DNA of 64,000 bases from Gemmatimonadales bacterium (GTDB lineage Bacteria > Gemmatimonadota > Gemmatimonadetes > Gemmatimonadales > GWC2-71-9): positions 18,531 through 82,530 of the forward strand of contig JBQTHV010000036.1 in assembly GCA_052389555.1 (NCBI GenBank), in the 5' to 3' direction. The notes beneath the pieces were generated by a model that worked only from the letters and a program-made list of their open reading frames with translations, did not search any database and had not been told where the DNA came from. Made by a program: the position numbers and the translations under genes. This document shows, piece after piece, positions 20,471-29,738 of this stretch (position 1 is the stretch's first letter; every line of letters begins with the position of its first letter).

Positions 20471-22960
20471 TCACACGGTCGCTCCCTCAATCCGCATCTT
20501 ATAGAACGACCGATACACAAAGACGATCGACACGAGCAGGAACACCGCCGCGAGCACCCGGCTCAAGGTCGGCCCATTCTGGTGGGTGAGTGACACACCC
20601 AGCTCCACCGCCAGGAGTCCGAAGAGCGTGGTGAACTTGATGATCGGGTTCATGGCGACCGAGGATGTGTCCTTGAACGGATCACCCACGGTATCTCCTA
20701 CGACGGTGGCCGCGTGGAGGGCAGTGCCTTTCTGCTTGAGCTCGACCTCCACGATCTTCTTCGCGTTGTCCCAGGCGCCTCCCGCGTTTGCCATGAAGAC
20801 CGCCTGGAACAGGCCGAAGAGCGCGATGGACATCAGGTAGCCGACGAAGAAGAACGGCTCGATGAACGCAAAGCCCAGGGTTCCGAAGAACACCGCGAGG
20901 AAGATGTTGAACATTCCCTTTTGGGCATACTGGGTGCAGATCGCCACTACTTTCTTGCTGTCGGCCACCGATGCCTTGGTGGTGCCTTCCAGCTTGATGT
21001 TGGCCTTGATGAATTCCACGGCCCGGTACGCCCCGGTGGTTACCGCCTGGGTCGAGGCCCCGGTGAACCAGTAGATCATCGCGCCGCCCGAGAGGAGGCC
21101 CAGCAGGAACGGGGGGTGGAGCAGCGAGAGCTTGTCGAGATTCTGGCTCAGCCCCGAGGTGAGGGCGACGATGATCGCAAAGATCATGGTGGTCGCTCCC
21201 ACCACGGCGGTTCCGATGAGGACCGGTTTGGCGGTGGCCTTGAAGGTATTCCCGGCCCCGTCGTTCTCCTCGAGCATATGCTTGGCGGCTTCGAAATTCA
21301 CCTCGTATCCCTCTTCCGCTTTGATCTGGGCCGGGAGGCCCGGCACCTGCTCGATGAGCGAGAGCTCGTAGATCGACTGCGCGTTGTCGGTCACCGGGCC
21401 GTAGGAATCGACCGCAATGGTGACCGGACCCATTCCCAGGAATCCGAACGCGACCAGGCCGAACGCGAAGACCGCCGGCGCGAGCATCATGCCGCCTAAC
21501 CCGGGATTTGCGGGGTCCACCGCCGGGATGCCGGTGCTGACCAGGTAGGCGATCGCCATCAGCACCATGATGGTGAGGCCCAGCCAGTAGGCGCTGAAGT
21601 TCCCCGCGACAAACCCGGAGAGAATGTTGAGGGACGCTCCGCCCTCCCGCGACGAGGTCACCACCTCCCGGGTGTGACGGGACTCGGTCGAGGTGAACAC
21701 TTTCACGAATTCCGGAATGATCGCGCCGGCAAGCGTCCCGCAGGTGATCACGGTCGAGAGCTTCCACCACAGGCTGCCGTCGCCGAGGTCGGGGATCAGC
21801 AGGAACGAGACGAAATAGGTCAGCGCGATCGAGACGAACGACGTCAGCCACACCAGGCTGGTGAGCGGCGTTTCGAAGTTCATCCGGTCGGCGTGACCGT
21901 ACCGCGCCCGGGTGATCGCACCGTTCAACAGGTAGGAGACCCCGCTCGCGATCACCATGAGCACGCGCATGCTGAAGATCCAGACCAGCAGCTGGACCTG
22001 CACCGCCAGATCGGGCACCGCGAGGAGGATAAAGGAGATCAGGGCGACGCCCGTCACCCCGTAGGTCTCGAAGCCGTCGGCACTCGGCCCGATCGAATCG
22101 CCGGCGTTGTCGCCGGTGCAGTCGGCGATCACTCCCGGGTTACGGGCGTCATCTTCCTTGATCTTGAACACGATCTTCATGAGATCGGCGCCGATGTCGG
22201 CGATCTTGGTGAAGATCCCCCCGGCAATCCGGAGCGCCGACGCACCGAGCGATTCCCCGATCGCGAACCCGATGAAACAGGGCCCGGCGTACTCTCCCGG
22301 GACGAACAGCAGGATCACCAGCATGATCAGCAGCTCGACGCTGATCAGCGCCATGCCAATGCTCATGCCCGCTTTCAGCGGGATCTCGTGCAGCTGGTAC
22401 GGCTTGCCCCGCAGGCTGGCGTAGGCGGTCCGGGAGTTCGCGAACGTGTTGATGCGAATGCCGAACCAGGCGACCGCGTAGCTCCCGGCGATCCCCACCA
22501 GGCTAAAGAACAGAATGATGGCAACCTTGCCGGGCGGGAAGCCGTGGGTGGGGTTCCCAGCCGCATCGGTGGTGGCGGCGAGGGTGCCGAAATACACGGC
22601 CGTGACCGCCCCAATGAACACCCACAAGATCGCCAGGAGTTTGCCCTGCTGCACGAGATACGTCTTGCAGGTCTCGTAGATCAACTCGGACATCTCCCGC
22701 ATGGCTTCGTGGACCTTGAGGCCGCGAAGCTGCGAGTAGATGACCAGCCCGAAGAGGAGGCCGAGGCCGCACACCAGGAGACCGGTGAGCAAGAGCGACC
22801 GGCCGCTCAGGCCGATGAACTGCTGGGTTCCGAGGTCAGGCACCACGAGGTTCGCCTCTCCACCAGCCGCAGGGGCCTGGGCGAGGACGACCGTTGGAAT
22901 CAGAAACAGCAACAGGGTGAGGAACGGACCGAGAACTCGACGGCGAGCGCTACGAGGCAT
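20471..22960 (-). CDS. hppA: membrane-bound proton/sodium-translocating pyrophosphatase
   Basis: ...ADCTGDNAGDSIGPSADGFETYG...GGAWDNAKK...VGDTVGDPFKDTSSVAMNPIIKF. The protein is multi-pass. The start is ATG 22960 or 22999. Confidence 0.93.
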   Translation of the reverse strand: MPRSARRRVLGPFLTLLLFLIPTVVLAQAPAAGGEANLVVPDLGTQQFIGLSGRSLLLTGLLVCGLGLLFGLVIYSQLRGLKVHEAMREMSELIYETCKTYLVQQGKLLAILWVFIGAVTAVYFGTLAATTDAAGNPTHGFPPGKVAIILFFSLVGIAGSYAVAWFGIRINTFANSRTAYASLRGKPYQLHEIPLKAGMSIGMALISVELLIMLVILLFVPGEYAGPCFIGFAIGESLGASALRIAGGIFTKIADIGADLMKIVFKIKEDDARNPGVIADCTGDNAGDSIGPSADGFETYGVTGVALISFILLAVPDLAVQVQLLVWIFSMRVLMVIASGVSYLLNGAITRARYGHADRMNFETPLTSLVWLTSFVSIALTYFVSFLLIPDLGDGSLWWKLSTVITCGTLAGAIIPEFVKVFTSTESRHTREVVTSSREGGASLNILSGFVAGNFSAYWLGLTIMVLMAIAYLVSTGIPAVDPANPGLGGMMLAPAVFAFGLVAFGFLGMGPVTIAVDSYGPVTDNAQSIYELSLIEQVPGLPAQIKAEEGYEVNFEAAKHMLEENDGAGNTFKATAKPVLIGTAVVGATTMIFAIIVALTSGLSQNLDKLSLLHPPFLLGLLSGGAMIYWFTGASTQAVTTGAYRAVEFIKANIKLEGTTKASVADSKKVVAICTQYAQKGMFNIFLAVFFGTLGFAFIEPFFFVGYLMSIALFGLFQAVFMANAGGAWDNAKKIVEVELKQKGTALHAATVVGDTVGDPFKDTSSVAMNPIIKFTTLFGLLAVELGVSLTHQNGPTLSRVLAAVFLLVSIVFVYRSFYKMRIEGATV

Positions 22961-23043
22961 CAGCCAGGGGCTCCTGGTTGGGGTCGAATCGCGGCACAAA
23001 AGTAATAGGGGTGAGGGGCCAGGGGCCGCCGGCCCGGGCTCCT

Positions 23044-23802
23044 CTACACGTGCTCCAGCAAAAGCTCCAGCTTCTTCCGCAGCTCACCCAGCCGTTTCGA
23101 TTTGAACGCGTTCTTGGTCTGCTCGAGAACGTCGATCGTCTCCTGCACCGCCTGGTGAAGTTGCGCGCCTCGGGGACAATTGAGGAGCTGACAAGGGTGC
23201 TCGCTCACCGTACGCCCCGACAGGGCCCGCCCGAGCTGATCCAGGTCGGTCAGGGAGCCCATGACGTTGCGCAGGGTGAGGGAGAGAAACACATCGATCG
23301 CGGGGGCGGCGAGGTCACCGCCATCCTTGATGGGGGCAAGGTTCTCAAACTCCCGGCGCCAGTCGCGCAGCCGCCGCTCAGCGCTCTCGATGGCCCGATA
23401 GGAGCGAAACCGGCGGACCGCGGCTTCGACCTTGCCGAGCAACTCGGGGAAGTGCACCGGTTTGACCAGGTATGCCGCAACGGGCAGCTCGACGCAGGCA
23501 ATCGCCGACCGAGTCGAGGGGTATCCGGTCAGAATGATCACGGGTAACCCGCCACTCGTCTCGGCGATGCGGCGAACCAGCTGAAGATCGGAATTCCCCG
23601 GCATCTCCAGATCCGTGATCAGTAGATCGAACCTCCCGGCGGCCGCACGAGCTTCAGCCTGGGCTCCGTCGGTAACGGTCTCGCACTCGTAGCCCTCGCG
23701 CCGCAGCAGTTCCGCAGTCGAAGTCAGAAACGTCATTTCGTCGTCGGCCAGCAAGATGCGGCCGTGGATCGCAGTCGCCGGGGTAACCGTTGCGTGACTC
23801 AT
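23044..23802 (-). CDS. response regulator: receiver domain plus ~125-aa unassigned C-terminal domain
   Basis: RILLADDEMTF...FDLLITDLEMPG...LVKP is a REC domain. The C-terminal half (…CQLLNCPRG…KSKRLGELRKKLELLLEHV) has no HTH or enzymatic motif that I recognise. It overlaps the kinase stop by 4 nt. Confidence 0.8.
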   Translation of the reverse strand: MSHATVTPATAIHGRILLADDEMTFLTSTAELLRREGYECETVTDGAQAEARAAAGRFDLLITDLEMPGNSDLQLVRRIAETSGGLPVIILTGYPSTRSAIACVELPVAAYLVKPVHFPELLGKVEAAVRRFRSYRAIESAERRLRDWRREFENLAPIKDGGDLAAPAIDVFLSLTLRNVMGSLTDLDQLGRALSGRTVSEHPCQLLNCPRGAQLHQAVQETIDVLEQTKNAFKSKRLGELRKKLELLLEHV

Positions 23803-26696
23803 GAGGTCGTTCCGGAAATAGGCATTCGCACCACGAATTCGGTTCCCCCATCCGGCGGATCGAGGATCTCGATCGAGCCGCCGATCGCTCGAAGCGAGCG
23901 ATGGACCAGTGAAAGCCCGATCCCCATACCGCTAGTGGGCGAGCTCCTTCCTTTCGTACTGACGAACGGTTGGAAGAGCTGGGGCCGGATCGAGGGCGGA
24001 ATCCCCGGCCCTTGATCGCGCACCCGCAGCACGAACTGCCCGTCGCTGGCCTCGGCCGTTACGGTGACCGTCCCACCCCGCGGGGAGGCCTCGACGGCGT
24101 TCTGCACGAGATTATACACCGACTGCCGCAGGACCGATTCCGGGATCGCTACTTCCGAAGGAACCCGGTCCAGGTCGGCGTGGATCTGCACCTGAGCCGG
24201 CCGGTTGAGCTGCGTCAGCAAGGCCACCGCGTCGCCGATGAGGGTGCGCACCCCAGCTTGGCCGCTCCCATTTGTTTCGGGACGGTAGGTCTCGTAGAGC
24301 TGGCGGGTCACCCTCGCGATGCGGCCAATCTCGCGCTCCATCGCCCCGACGTAATGAAAGTGCGGGTGCTCGCTCGGAATCGCATCGCGCAGGAGCAGAA
24401 AGGCATTCTGGATGCCGGCCAGCGGGTTATTGATCTCGTGCGCCACGCGAGCGGCCAGGCGGCCCATCGTGCTCAGCGTTTCCACCTCGCGCAGCTGCGC
24501 CTCGGCGCGCCGCCGCGCGGTGATGTCCAGACCCTCGGCCAGGAGCTGGACGACCTCGCCATGGGTGTCGCAGATCGGCTTGATCGAGAAGTCGAGAATG
24601 AGGACCTCCCCGCCGGGCCGGGCGGCCTCAACTTCGAGAGTTACCAGCTCGCCACTGCGAGCCCGATCGAGCGCGCTGGCAATCCGGTCCCGCACCTCGC
24701 CGGTCGGCCACCAGGGGAGATCCCGCAACGCGGCCTGCCGGCGATCGCCGAGCGAATCGCCCGAGGGCAGGAGCGCCAAGGCCGCAGAATTGGCCTCCAG
24801 CACCCGGCCTTCGCGATCGAGGAGAACCTGGACGTGGTGGGCGCTAGCGAACACCGCCCGGAACCGAAGCTCACTGCTCTCGCGCTCCTGCTCGACCCGC
24901 TCCCGCTCGCTGATGTCGCCGCTCACGCCCAGCATCTTCGCAGGGGATCCATCCGCGGCCCGCTCGCTTACATGCCCGCGATCCACCAGCCACTGCCATT
25001 CGCCGGATTCCCGGCGGCGGCGGTAGCGCGCTTCGTACATCGGCGTGAGCCCTTGCAAGTGGGCGTGCAGCACCGCCTCGACTTGCCGGCGGTCCTCGGG
25101 ATGCACCAGCTCGGTCCAGCCACCCTCCCTCACTTCCTGGCCTGTCGCACTGGCCCGAATCCGCCCGGGACGAGGTTGGCCGGAGAGATCCCAGGACCAC
25201 GCGCGATCCACCGCTCGCCCCAGGGCAAGCCGGAGGCGCGCCGCCTCAGCGGCGCGAGCGTTGGCCTGGAGGGTTCGTCCCAGCTGCAACGAGAGGCCGA
25301 CGAGCCCGCTCATGACCAGGCCGAAGGCAAGCACCAGGTTGGGGAGACCGGTCGGCAGGCGCGCCCGCAGTTCGTGGGTCGGCCAGACCAGGAGCTCCCA
25401 GGTCATGTCATCGAAGGAGAGCAGCGTGCGGTCCAGCAAGCTCTCGTCGGGAAGAGGACGGCTGCGCGAGCCGGTGAGCGTCCGTCCCCGCCAGATCACA
25501 CTTCGATGGAAACCGTCGGCCGAGTCTGCGGCGATACCCCCCAGCATTTGATCAATCCGAAGCAGCCCTACGACGAACCCCTCGCACCCGCCCGGGAGAC
25601 ATCGCGGCACCGCGACCGCGATGGAATTCGCCGAATCGTTGAGCGCGAAATGGCGAACCGTGTCGGCGTCCTGCGACCTCCACGCGGAGGCCAGCTGCAA
25701 GCCCAGCTGCGCGCGGAGGACGAGTGAATCCGCGGTCGGCGGCACAATGAGCGGCGAAGGTCCGCTGCGGGCAACCCAGGCGATATGGGTCACCCCGGGT
25801 TCGCCGGCGCCAACGCCCTGCACGTACTCGGTCCAGGTTCGGGTCCCGACCACCCCGGGCGTGGACAGCAAAGCAATCCGGCCCAGAGTTAGGTTAACCC
25901 GCGCCATGGCCTCGCTGAGCTGGTCCTCGGTGGCGCGAGCGACGCTTCGCACCAACGCCGCGTGATCGTCGCGCTGGGTCTGGACCAGGGCCCTCCACAG
26001 GAACAGTACGGCCACGAGGCTGGCCAGTCCCACTCCGGGGGGCACCCACGCGGGGTAGGCTGACGGAAGCCACACCCGATTCCAGGCCACCGAGGTAAGA
26101 CACAATCCCAGCACCAGGAGCCCCACCGAGACCTGCGGAGAGGCCCCCGCCACCGCCCCGAACTGCACCTCCCGCGAGAGCCCGAACACCTGGGTGAACA
26201 GGATGGACAGACTCACCGCCACGATCACCAATCCGGAGAGACCCACCACGAAGGTGGCCGCGGATTCGTCCCGGAACCGGCTGGCAGTAAGCATCAAAGC
26301 CACGCCGCCGAGCACAAACCCAAGCGCGGTCGCGAGGGGAATCGGCTGCGGGTTAATGAGACCGGGCCGCGTGGGGACGTCGGGCACCGCGAACGGGGCG
26401 AGGGGAGCGAGCTCGAAACCGGCGAGCTGAACCAGCGCGAGATATCCGATGACTGCGGGCAGGGCCGCGATGGCGATCGCGATTCGGCGCCAGCCCCGTT
26501 CCTGGGTCAGAGCGGCCAAACCCAGCCCGATAAGACCGATGGTGGCGAGCGGACGGATGGGGGGCCGACTCAGGAATGGCTGAATAAGCCAGCGCCAGTC
26601 GGCGATCCATCCCATCAGGCCAAGGCCGCCGAGCACCACCAGCAGCCACCCGGTCGACCGCCATGGACCGCGCCACTGAAACAGCCGTCCTGCCAT
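23799..26696 (-). CDS. sensor histidine kinase (multi-TM N-terminus, periplasmic domain, PAS domains, HisKA, HATPase)
   Basis: H-box RLAARVAHEINNPLAGI, N/G boxes NLVQNAVEAS...DQGPGIP...GMGIGLSLV, about 8 N-terminal hydrophobic helices, and PAS-like segments (…WSWDL…, …FRAVFASAHH…). Confidence 0.88.
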   Translation of the reverse strand: MAGRLFQWRGPWRSTGWLLVVLGGLGLMGWIADWRWLIQPFLSRPPIRPLATIGLIGLGLAALTQERGWRRIAIAIAALPAVIGYLALVQLAGFELAPLAPFAVPDVPTRPGLINPQPIPLATALGFVLGGVALMLTASRFRDESAATFVVGLSGLVIVAVSLSILFTQVFGLSREVQFGAVAGASPQVSVGLLVLGLCLTSVAWNRVWLPSAYPAWVPPGVGLASLVAVLFLWRALVQTQRDDHAALVRSVARATEDQLSEAMARVNLTLGRIALLSTPGVVGTRTWTEYVQGVGAGEPGVTHIAWVARSGPSPLIVPPTADSLVLRAQLGLQLASAWRSQDADTVRHFALNDSANSIAVAVPRCLPGGCEGFVVGLLRIDQMLGGIAADSADGFHRSVIWRGRTLTGSRSRPLPDESLLDRTLLSFDDMTWELLVWPTHELRARLPTGLPNLVLAFGLVMSGLVGLSLQLGRTLQANARAAEAARLRLALGRAVDRAWSWDLSGQPRPGRIRASATGQEVREGGWTELVHPEDRRQVEAVLHAHLQGLTPMYEARYRRRRESGEWQWLVDRGHVSERAADGSPAKMLGVSGDISERERVEQERESSELRFRAVFASAHHVQVLLDREGRVLEANSAALALLPSGDSLGDRRQAALRDLPWWPTGEVRDRIASALDRARSGELVTLEVEAARPGGEVLILDFSIKPICDTHGEVVQLLAEGLDITARRRAEAQLREVETLSTMGRLAARVAHEINNPLAGIQNAFLLLRDAIPSEHPHFHYVGAMEREIGRIARVTRQLYETYRPETNGSGQAGVRTLIGDAVALLTQLNRPAQVQIHADLDRVPSEVAIPESVLRQSVYNLVQNAVEASPRGGTVTVTAEASDGQFVLRVRDQGPGIPPSIRPQLFQPFVSTKGRSSPTSGMGIGLSLVHRSLRAIGGSIEILDPPDGGTEFVVRMPISGTTS

Positions 26697-26729
26697 AGGC
26701 CCTCGGGGTGAGCGCTACCCAATACGCAC

Positions 26730-26768
26730 GAAGGCACGAGTAGCCGTCCGGGCTAAGCTCGTGCCTTC
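26730..26768. other. perfect 11-bp stem hairpin in the non-coding region upstream of the kinase gene
   Basis: gaaggcacgag (26730-26740) pairs with ctcgtgccttc (26758-26768) across a 17-nt loop. No U-tract follows on either strand. Confidence 0.5.
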
Positions 26769-27012
26769 AACGGGCGGACCGAAAGTGCCGCTCGTCAAGG
26801 AGAACCCGGCAGGCCGGGCCTCTGTGTGTTCCACCGCGCTTCCCTCGTCATGTTAGTGACGCGTTGCAGGTCGCGCAAGGCGAGCCAGACGGAATCGTGA
26901 CCCTTGCGGCTCGGAGCGACGCGCCGTAACATTGGGTCAGCATAACGATTCAGCAGGCGCCGGATATGTCGGCGCCCGCCTTGCCGGATGGAGCGCGGCT
27001 CCATCAGTCGAA

Positions 27013-27056
27013 GGCGCCACTCCCTGATTCGCTCGGGAGCGGCGCCTTTCTTGTTT
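27013..27056 (+). terminator. intrinsic-terminator-like hairpin with T-tract, 29 nt upstream of the DUF1328 ATG
   Basis: ggcgccactccc (27013-27024) pairs with gggagcggcgcc (27035-27046) with one mismatch, followed by tttcttgttt. I found no convincing plus-strand CDS upstream. Confidence 0.55.
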
Positions 27057-27084
27057 GCGACCTGAGAACGAGGTTCGAACCCTC

Positions 27085-27420
27085 ATGCTGCTTCGCGCCG
27101 CGCTCGCATTCCTGGTGCTCGCCTTCCTGGCAGGCCTGGCTGGATTCTCAGGCATCGCGGCGGCATCGGCCGGCCTGGTTCGAACCTTTTTCTTCGGATT
27201 CGTAAGTGGGTTTGTGGTCTTGCTGCTGACGGGACTCGCGACCGCGCGTGATCATCGCGCCGAGGCAGGTCGAGCGGCGGGAGTTCGAAGGAAGGAAGGA
27301 AGGAAGGATAGGCCCGGATTGCTCGAATCCCACCCGTATGAGCATCCGACCCTGACCGTCGCCCAGACGGCCTCCCCGGCCACTGGGCGGCGGGGCCTAT
27401 TCCCTTACTGCAGTAAGTAG
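27085..27420 (+). CDS. DUF1328 (UPF0391) small membrane protein with an unusual ~55-aa C-terminal extension
   Basis: MLLRAALAFLVLAFLAGLAGFSGIAAASAGLVRTFFFGFVSGFVVLLLTGL matches the ~55-aa family. The ORF continues through a (GAAG)5 repeat to a TAG at 27418-27420 inside a repeat hairpin. Confidence 0.7.
   Translation: MLLRAALAFLVLAFLAGLAGFSGIAAASAGLVRTFFFGFVSGFVVLLLTGLATARDHRAEAGRAAGVRRKEGRKDRPGLLESHPYEHPTLTVAQTASPATGRRGLFPYCSK
27287..27308. repeat. tetranucleotide repeat (GAAG)x5
   Basis: gaaggaaggaaggaaggaagga encodes RKEGRKD within the DUF1328 extension. Confidence 0.9.
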
Positions 27421-27518
27421 TAAGCAGGAGGTAGTGAGAAGGGACAGACCTTGTCGGTGCAAAGACCTCGCATCGGCAAGTTCTGTCCCTTCTTACTACG
27501 TCCTACTTACTACCTCCT
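27412..27518. repeat. long hairpin built from heptamer-like units between convergent genes
   Basis: The left arm agtaagtagtaagcaggaggtagtgagaagggacaga (27412-27448) faces the right arm tctgtcccttcttactacgtcctacttactacctcct (27482-27518). The ~18-bp basal stem has one mismatch, and the inner segments cttgtcggtgc/gcatcggcaag also pair using G-U pairs. Confidence 0.8.
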
Positions 27519-27520
27519 AA

Positions 27521-27925
27521 TCAGCTACCCCCAACCGCTCTCAGTTCCCCACACGCCACCACACCCCCGCTTCCGTGCACCTGGATGATGTGGCTACCGG
27601 TTTCCGGTGGCGCGACCGCGAGCGTAACGGACGCCTGCGCGGTGCCTCCGGGGCCGATCTGAAGACTCGGGTAGCCCGAGCCCTCGATCCCACCGGACGA
27701 TGCACAGGTGCCCGTGTGCATGTGCCAAGCAAGACTCGAGTTCGGAGCCCCATTGCGAATCGAGATGATGAAGTGCGTGGATCCGTCCTTCGCCTCGGCA
27801 GTCGCCCCGCCGCGGACCTGGCTGTTTCCGACCGGCTCGAGAATCGCTCGCCACTTTGGAGCCGGCGCCGCACTCGCCATGAGGCCAGCCGCGAGCACCG
27901 CGCTGGCCGCGTTTGTGAACAACAA
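27521..27925 (-). CDS. secreted hypothetical protein (134 aa)
   Basis: It has a signal-like N-terminus AVLAAGLMASAAPAP. LAWHMHTGTCASSGG faintly recalls Cu/Zn-SOD-like or CHRD folds, but I could not verify this. Confidence 0.5.
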   Translation of the reverse strand: MLFTNAASAVLAAGLMASAAPAPKWRAILEPVGNSQVRGGATAEAKDGSTHFIISIRNGAPNSSLAWHMHTGTCASSGGIEGSGYPSLQIGPGGTAQASVTLAVAPPETGSHIIQVHGSGGVVACGELRAVGGS

Positions 27926-28033
27926 GTTTCCTCCCTGTATCAGAACTGGTCAGCGGGTCCACTTCGGGCCCGCCGAAAGGAGACGTAACCCCCCTGAAAA
28001 AATCGCACGATCCGATCCCGCCGGGTAGTTCGC

Positions 28034-28324
28034 TCAGTATGCCCCGCGAAGGACATGATCCGGCTCGGCCATGGTATGCACGGTCGCGAGGAACCGCTTG
28101 GCGAGCTTGTCGAGCTCGCTCTCGCCGGGTTGGTTGGTCTCGACGGTCACCAGGGTGTAGTGGCCACCTTCCGCCTGCACCGAAATGCTGAGCTGGCCGA
28201 TCGAGCCCGCAAATCGTCGCCGGCGCGCTCCTTCTTCCACCGGCGAGAGCCGGGTCCCGAAAAACTCCGTCGCGTGGCGGACGACGGTGGTAGGGGAGAC
28301 GGTAGTTCGGTGGAAGTATTTCAT
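28034..28324 (-). CDS. hypothetical protein (96 aa)
   Basis: An ORF with coding-like composition and no recognised motif. Confidence 0.45.
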   Translation of the reverse strand: MKYFHRTTVSPTTVVRHATEFFGTRLSPVEEGARRRRFAGSIGQLSISVQAEGGHYTLVTVETNQPGESELDKLAKRFLATVHTMAEPDHVLRGAY

Positions 28325-28330
28325 AGTTGT

Positions 28331-28398
28331 GAGTCGTCAGTCATCCGACATCAGTCGCCAGTCGACTATGGACTGAGGACTGAAGACTAACGACTCCT
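28331..28398. repeat. inverted heptamer arrays (CAGTCNN)n / (GACTGAN)n
   Basis: The units are gagtcgt cagtcat ccgacat cagtcgc cagtcga (28331-28365), then gactgag gactgaa gactaac gactcct (28371-28398). The array lies between the 28324 gene start and the ino1 stop. Confidence 0.8.
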
Positions 28399-29737
28399 AC
28401 TCCTTTCCATACTCGTAATACTCAACTCCCAAGTGCGTGATCGGCTCTTCGCCCATCAGGTAGCGGAGCGTGTTCTTCAGCTTGGTCTGCTGAATGAAGA
28501 GGTCGTGTTCGGGGTAGAGTCCCGGGGCCACCTGGGGACTCTTGAAATAGAACGAGAGCCACTCCTGAATTCCGAAGAATCCGGCTCGCTGGGCCAGATC
28601 GAAGAACAGCGCGAGGTCGAGCACGAGCGGAGCGGCGAGGATCGAATCCCGGCACAGGAAATCGACCTTGATTTGCATCGGATAGCCGCACCAGCCGAAG
28701 ATGTCGATGTTGTCCCACCCTTCCTTGTTGTCGCCGCGGGGCGGGTAATAGTTGATGCGGACTTTGTGATACAGGTTGCCGTAGAGCTCGGGGTACATCC
28801 GGGGCTGCAGGATGTATTCGAGGACGCCGAGTTTGGATTCTTCCTTGGTCTTGAAGCTCTCCGGATCGTCCAGCACCTCGCCGTCGCGATTGCCCAGGAT
28901 GTTGGTGGAATACCAGCCTGACACGCCGAGCATGCGGGCCTTGAACATGGGCGAGAGGACCGTCTTTACCATCGTCTGCCCGGTCTTGAAGTCCTTGCCT
29001 CCGATCGCGACTTTGCGCCGCTCGGCCAACTCGATCATCGCCGGGATATCGACCGTGAGGTTCGGTGCGCCATTCGCAAACGGCACACCCTCCATGAGCG
29101 CAGCCCAGGCGTACAGCATGGATGGAGCAATCGCGGGGTCGTTGCTGTCCATGGCCCGCTCGAAGGCGGCGAGGGTCTCGTGGGGGGGCCCCGGAGCGAT
29201 GAAAATTTCGGTCGAGGCGCACCAGACCATCACCATCCGCTCGCATCCGGTGCGCGCCTTGAAGCCGCGAATGTCTTGCCGCAGCGCCTCCGCCCGCTCC
29301 CGCTTGGTGGCGCCTTGCTTCACGTTGGATCCCTGCAGCCGTTTCACATAGTACTGATCGAAGACGGCCGGCATGGGGGCAATGGATTCCAGAAAATCCC
29401 GGATCGGCTCGACATGCTCGTGGCGATCGAGCACTCCCCCCTTGAGCGCGGCCTGATAGGCATTGTCGGGAATCGGATCCCACGCCCCGAAGACCAGGTC
29501 TGCAAGCCGCGCGAGCGGCACGAAATCCTTGATGAACGGCGCTCGCCCCTCGGTCCGCTTGCCGAGCCGGATGGTGGCGAGCTGGGTGAGTGAGCCGAAC
29601 GGCTTGGTGCGACCCCGCCGGACCAGCTCCACCCCGGCGATGAAGGTCGTGGCGACCGCGCCCAGACCGACGCACAGCACACCCAGCTTGCCGCTCGCGG
29701 GCGCGATGGGCCGGCCGTTCGTCTCGGCGGGAGCCAT
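28397..29737 (-). CDS. ino1: inositol-3-phosphate synthase (myo-inositol-1-phosphate synthase)
   Basis: KLGVLCVGLGAVATTFIAG...VMVWCASTE...ANGAPN...GGKDFKTGQTMVKTVLSPMF...WYSTNILGNRDG, typical of the bacterial/archaeal MIPS family. Confidence 0.9.
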   Translation of the reverse strand: MAPAETNGRPIAPASGKLGVLCVGLGAVATTFIAGVELVRRGRTKPFGSLTQLATIRLGKRTEGRAPFIKDFVPLARLADLVFGAWDPIPDNAYQAALKGGVLDRHEHVEPIRDFLESIAPMPAVFDQYYVKRLQGSNVKQGATKRERAEALRQDIRGFKARTGCERMVMVWCASTEIFIAPGPPHETLAAFERAMDSNDPAIAPSMLYAWAALMEGVPFANGAPNLTVDIPAMIELAERRKVAIGGKDFKTGQTMVKTVLSPMFKARMLGVSGWYSTNILGNRDGEVLDDPESFKTKEESKLGVLEYILQPRMYPELYGNLYHKVRINYYPPRGDNKEGWDNIDIFGWCGYPMQIKVDFLCRDSILAAPLVLDLALFFDLAQRAGFFGIQEWLSFYFKSPQVAPGLYPEHDLFIQQTKLKNTLRYLMGEEPITHLGVEYYEYGKE

Positions 29738-29738
29738 C

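Noticed and set aside
26795-27004. A 69-aa minus-strand ORF (MEPRSIRQGGRRHIRRLL...) in the long non-coding region.
   Set aside because: It is Arg-rich and uses many codons that are rare for this genome (aat, cgt, tat, tta, ttg, caa, act, tct). It has no recognisable motif or ribosome-binding site. I kept it only as an alternative explanation in the finding on that region.
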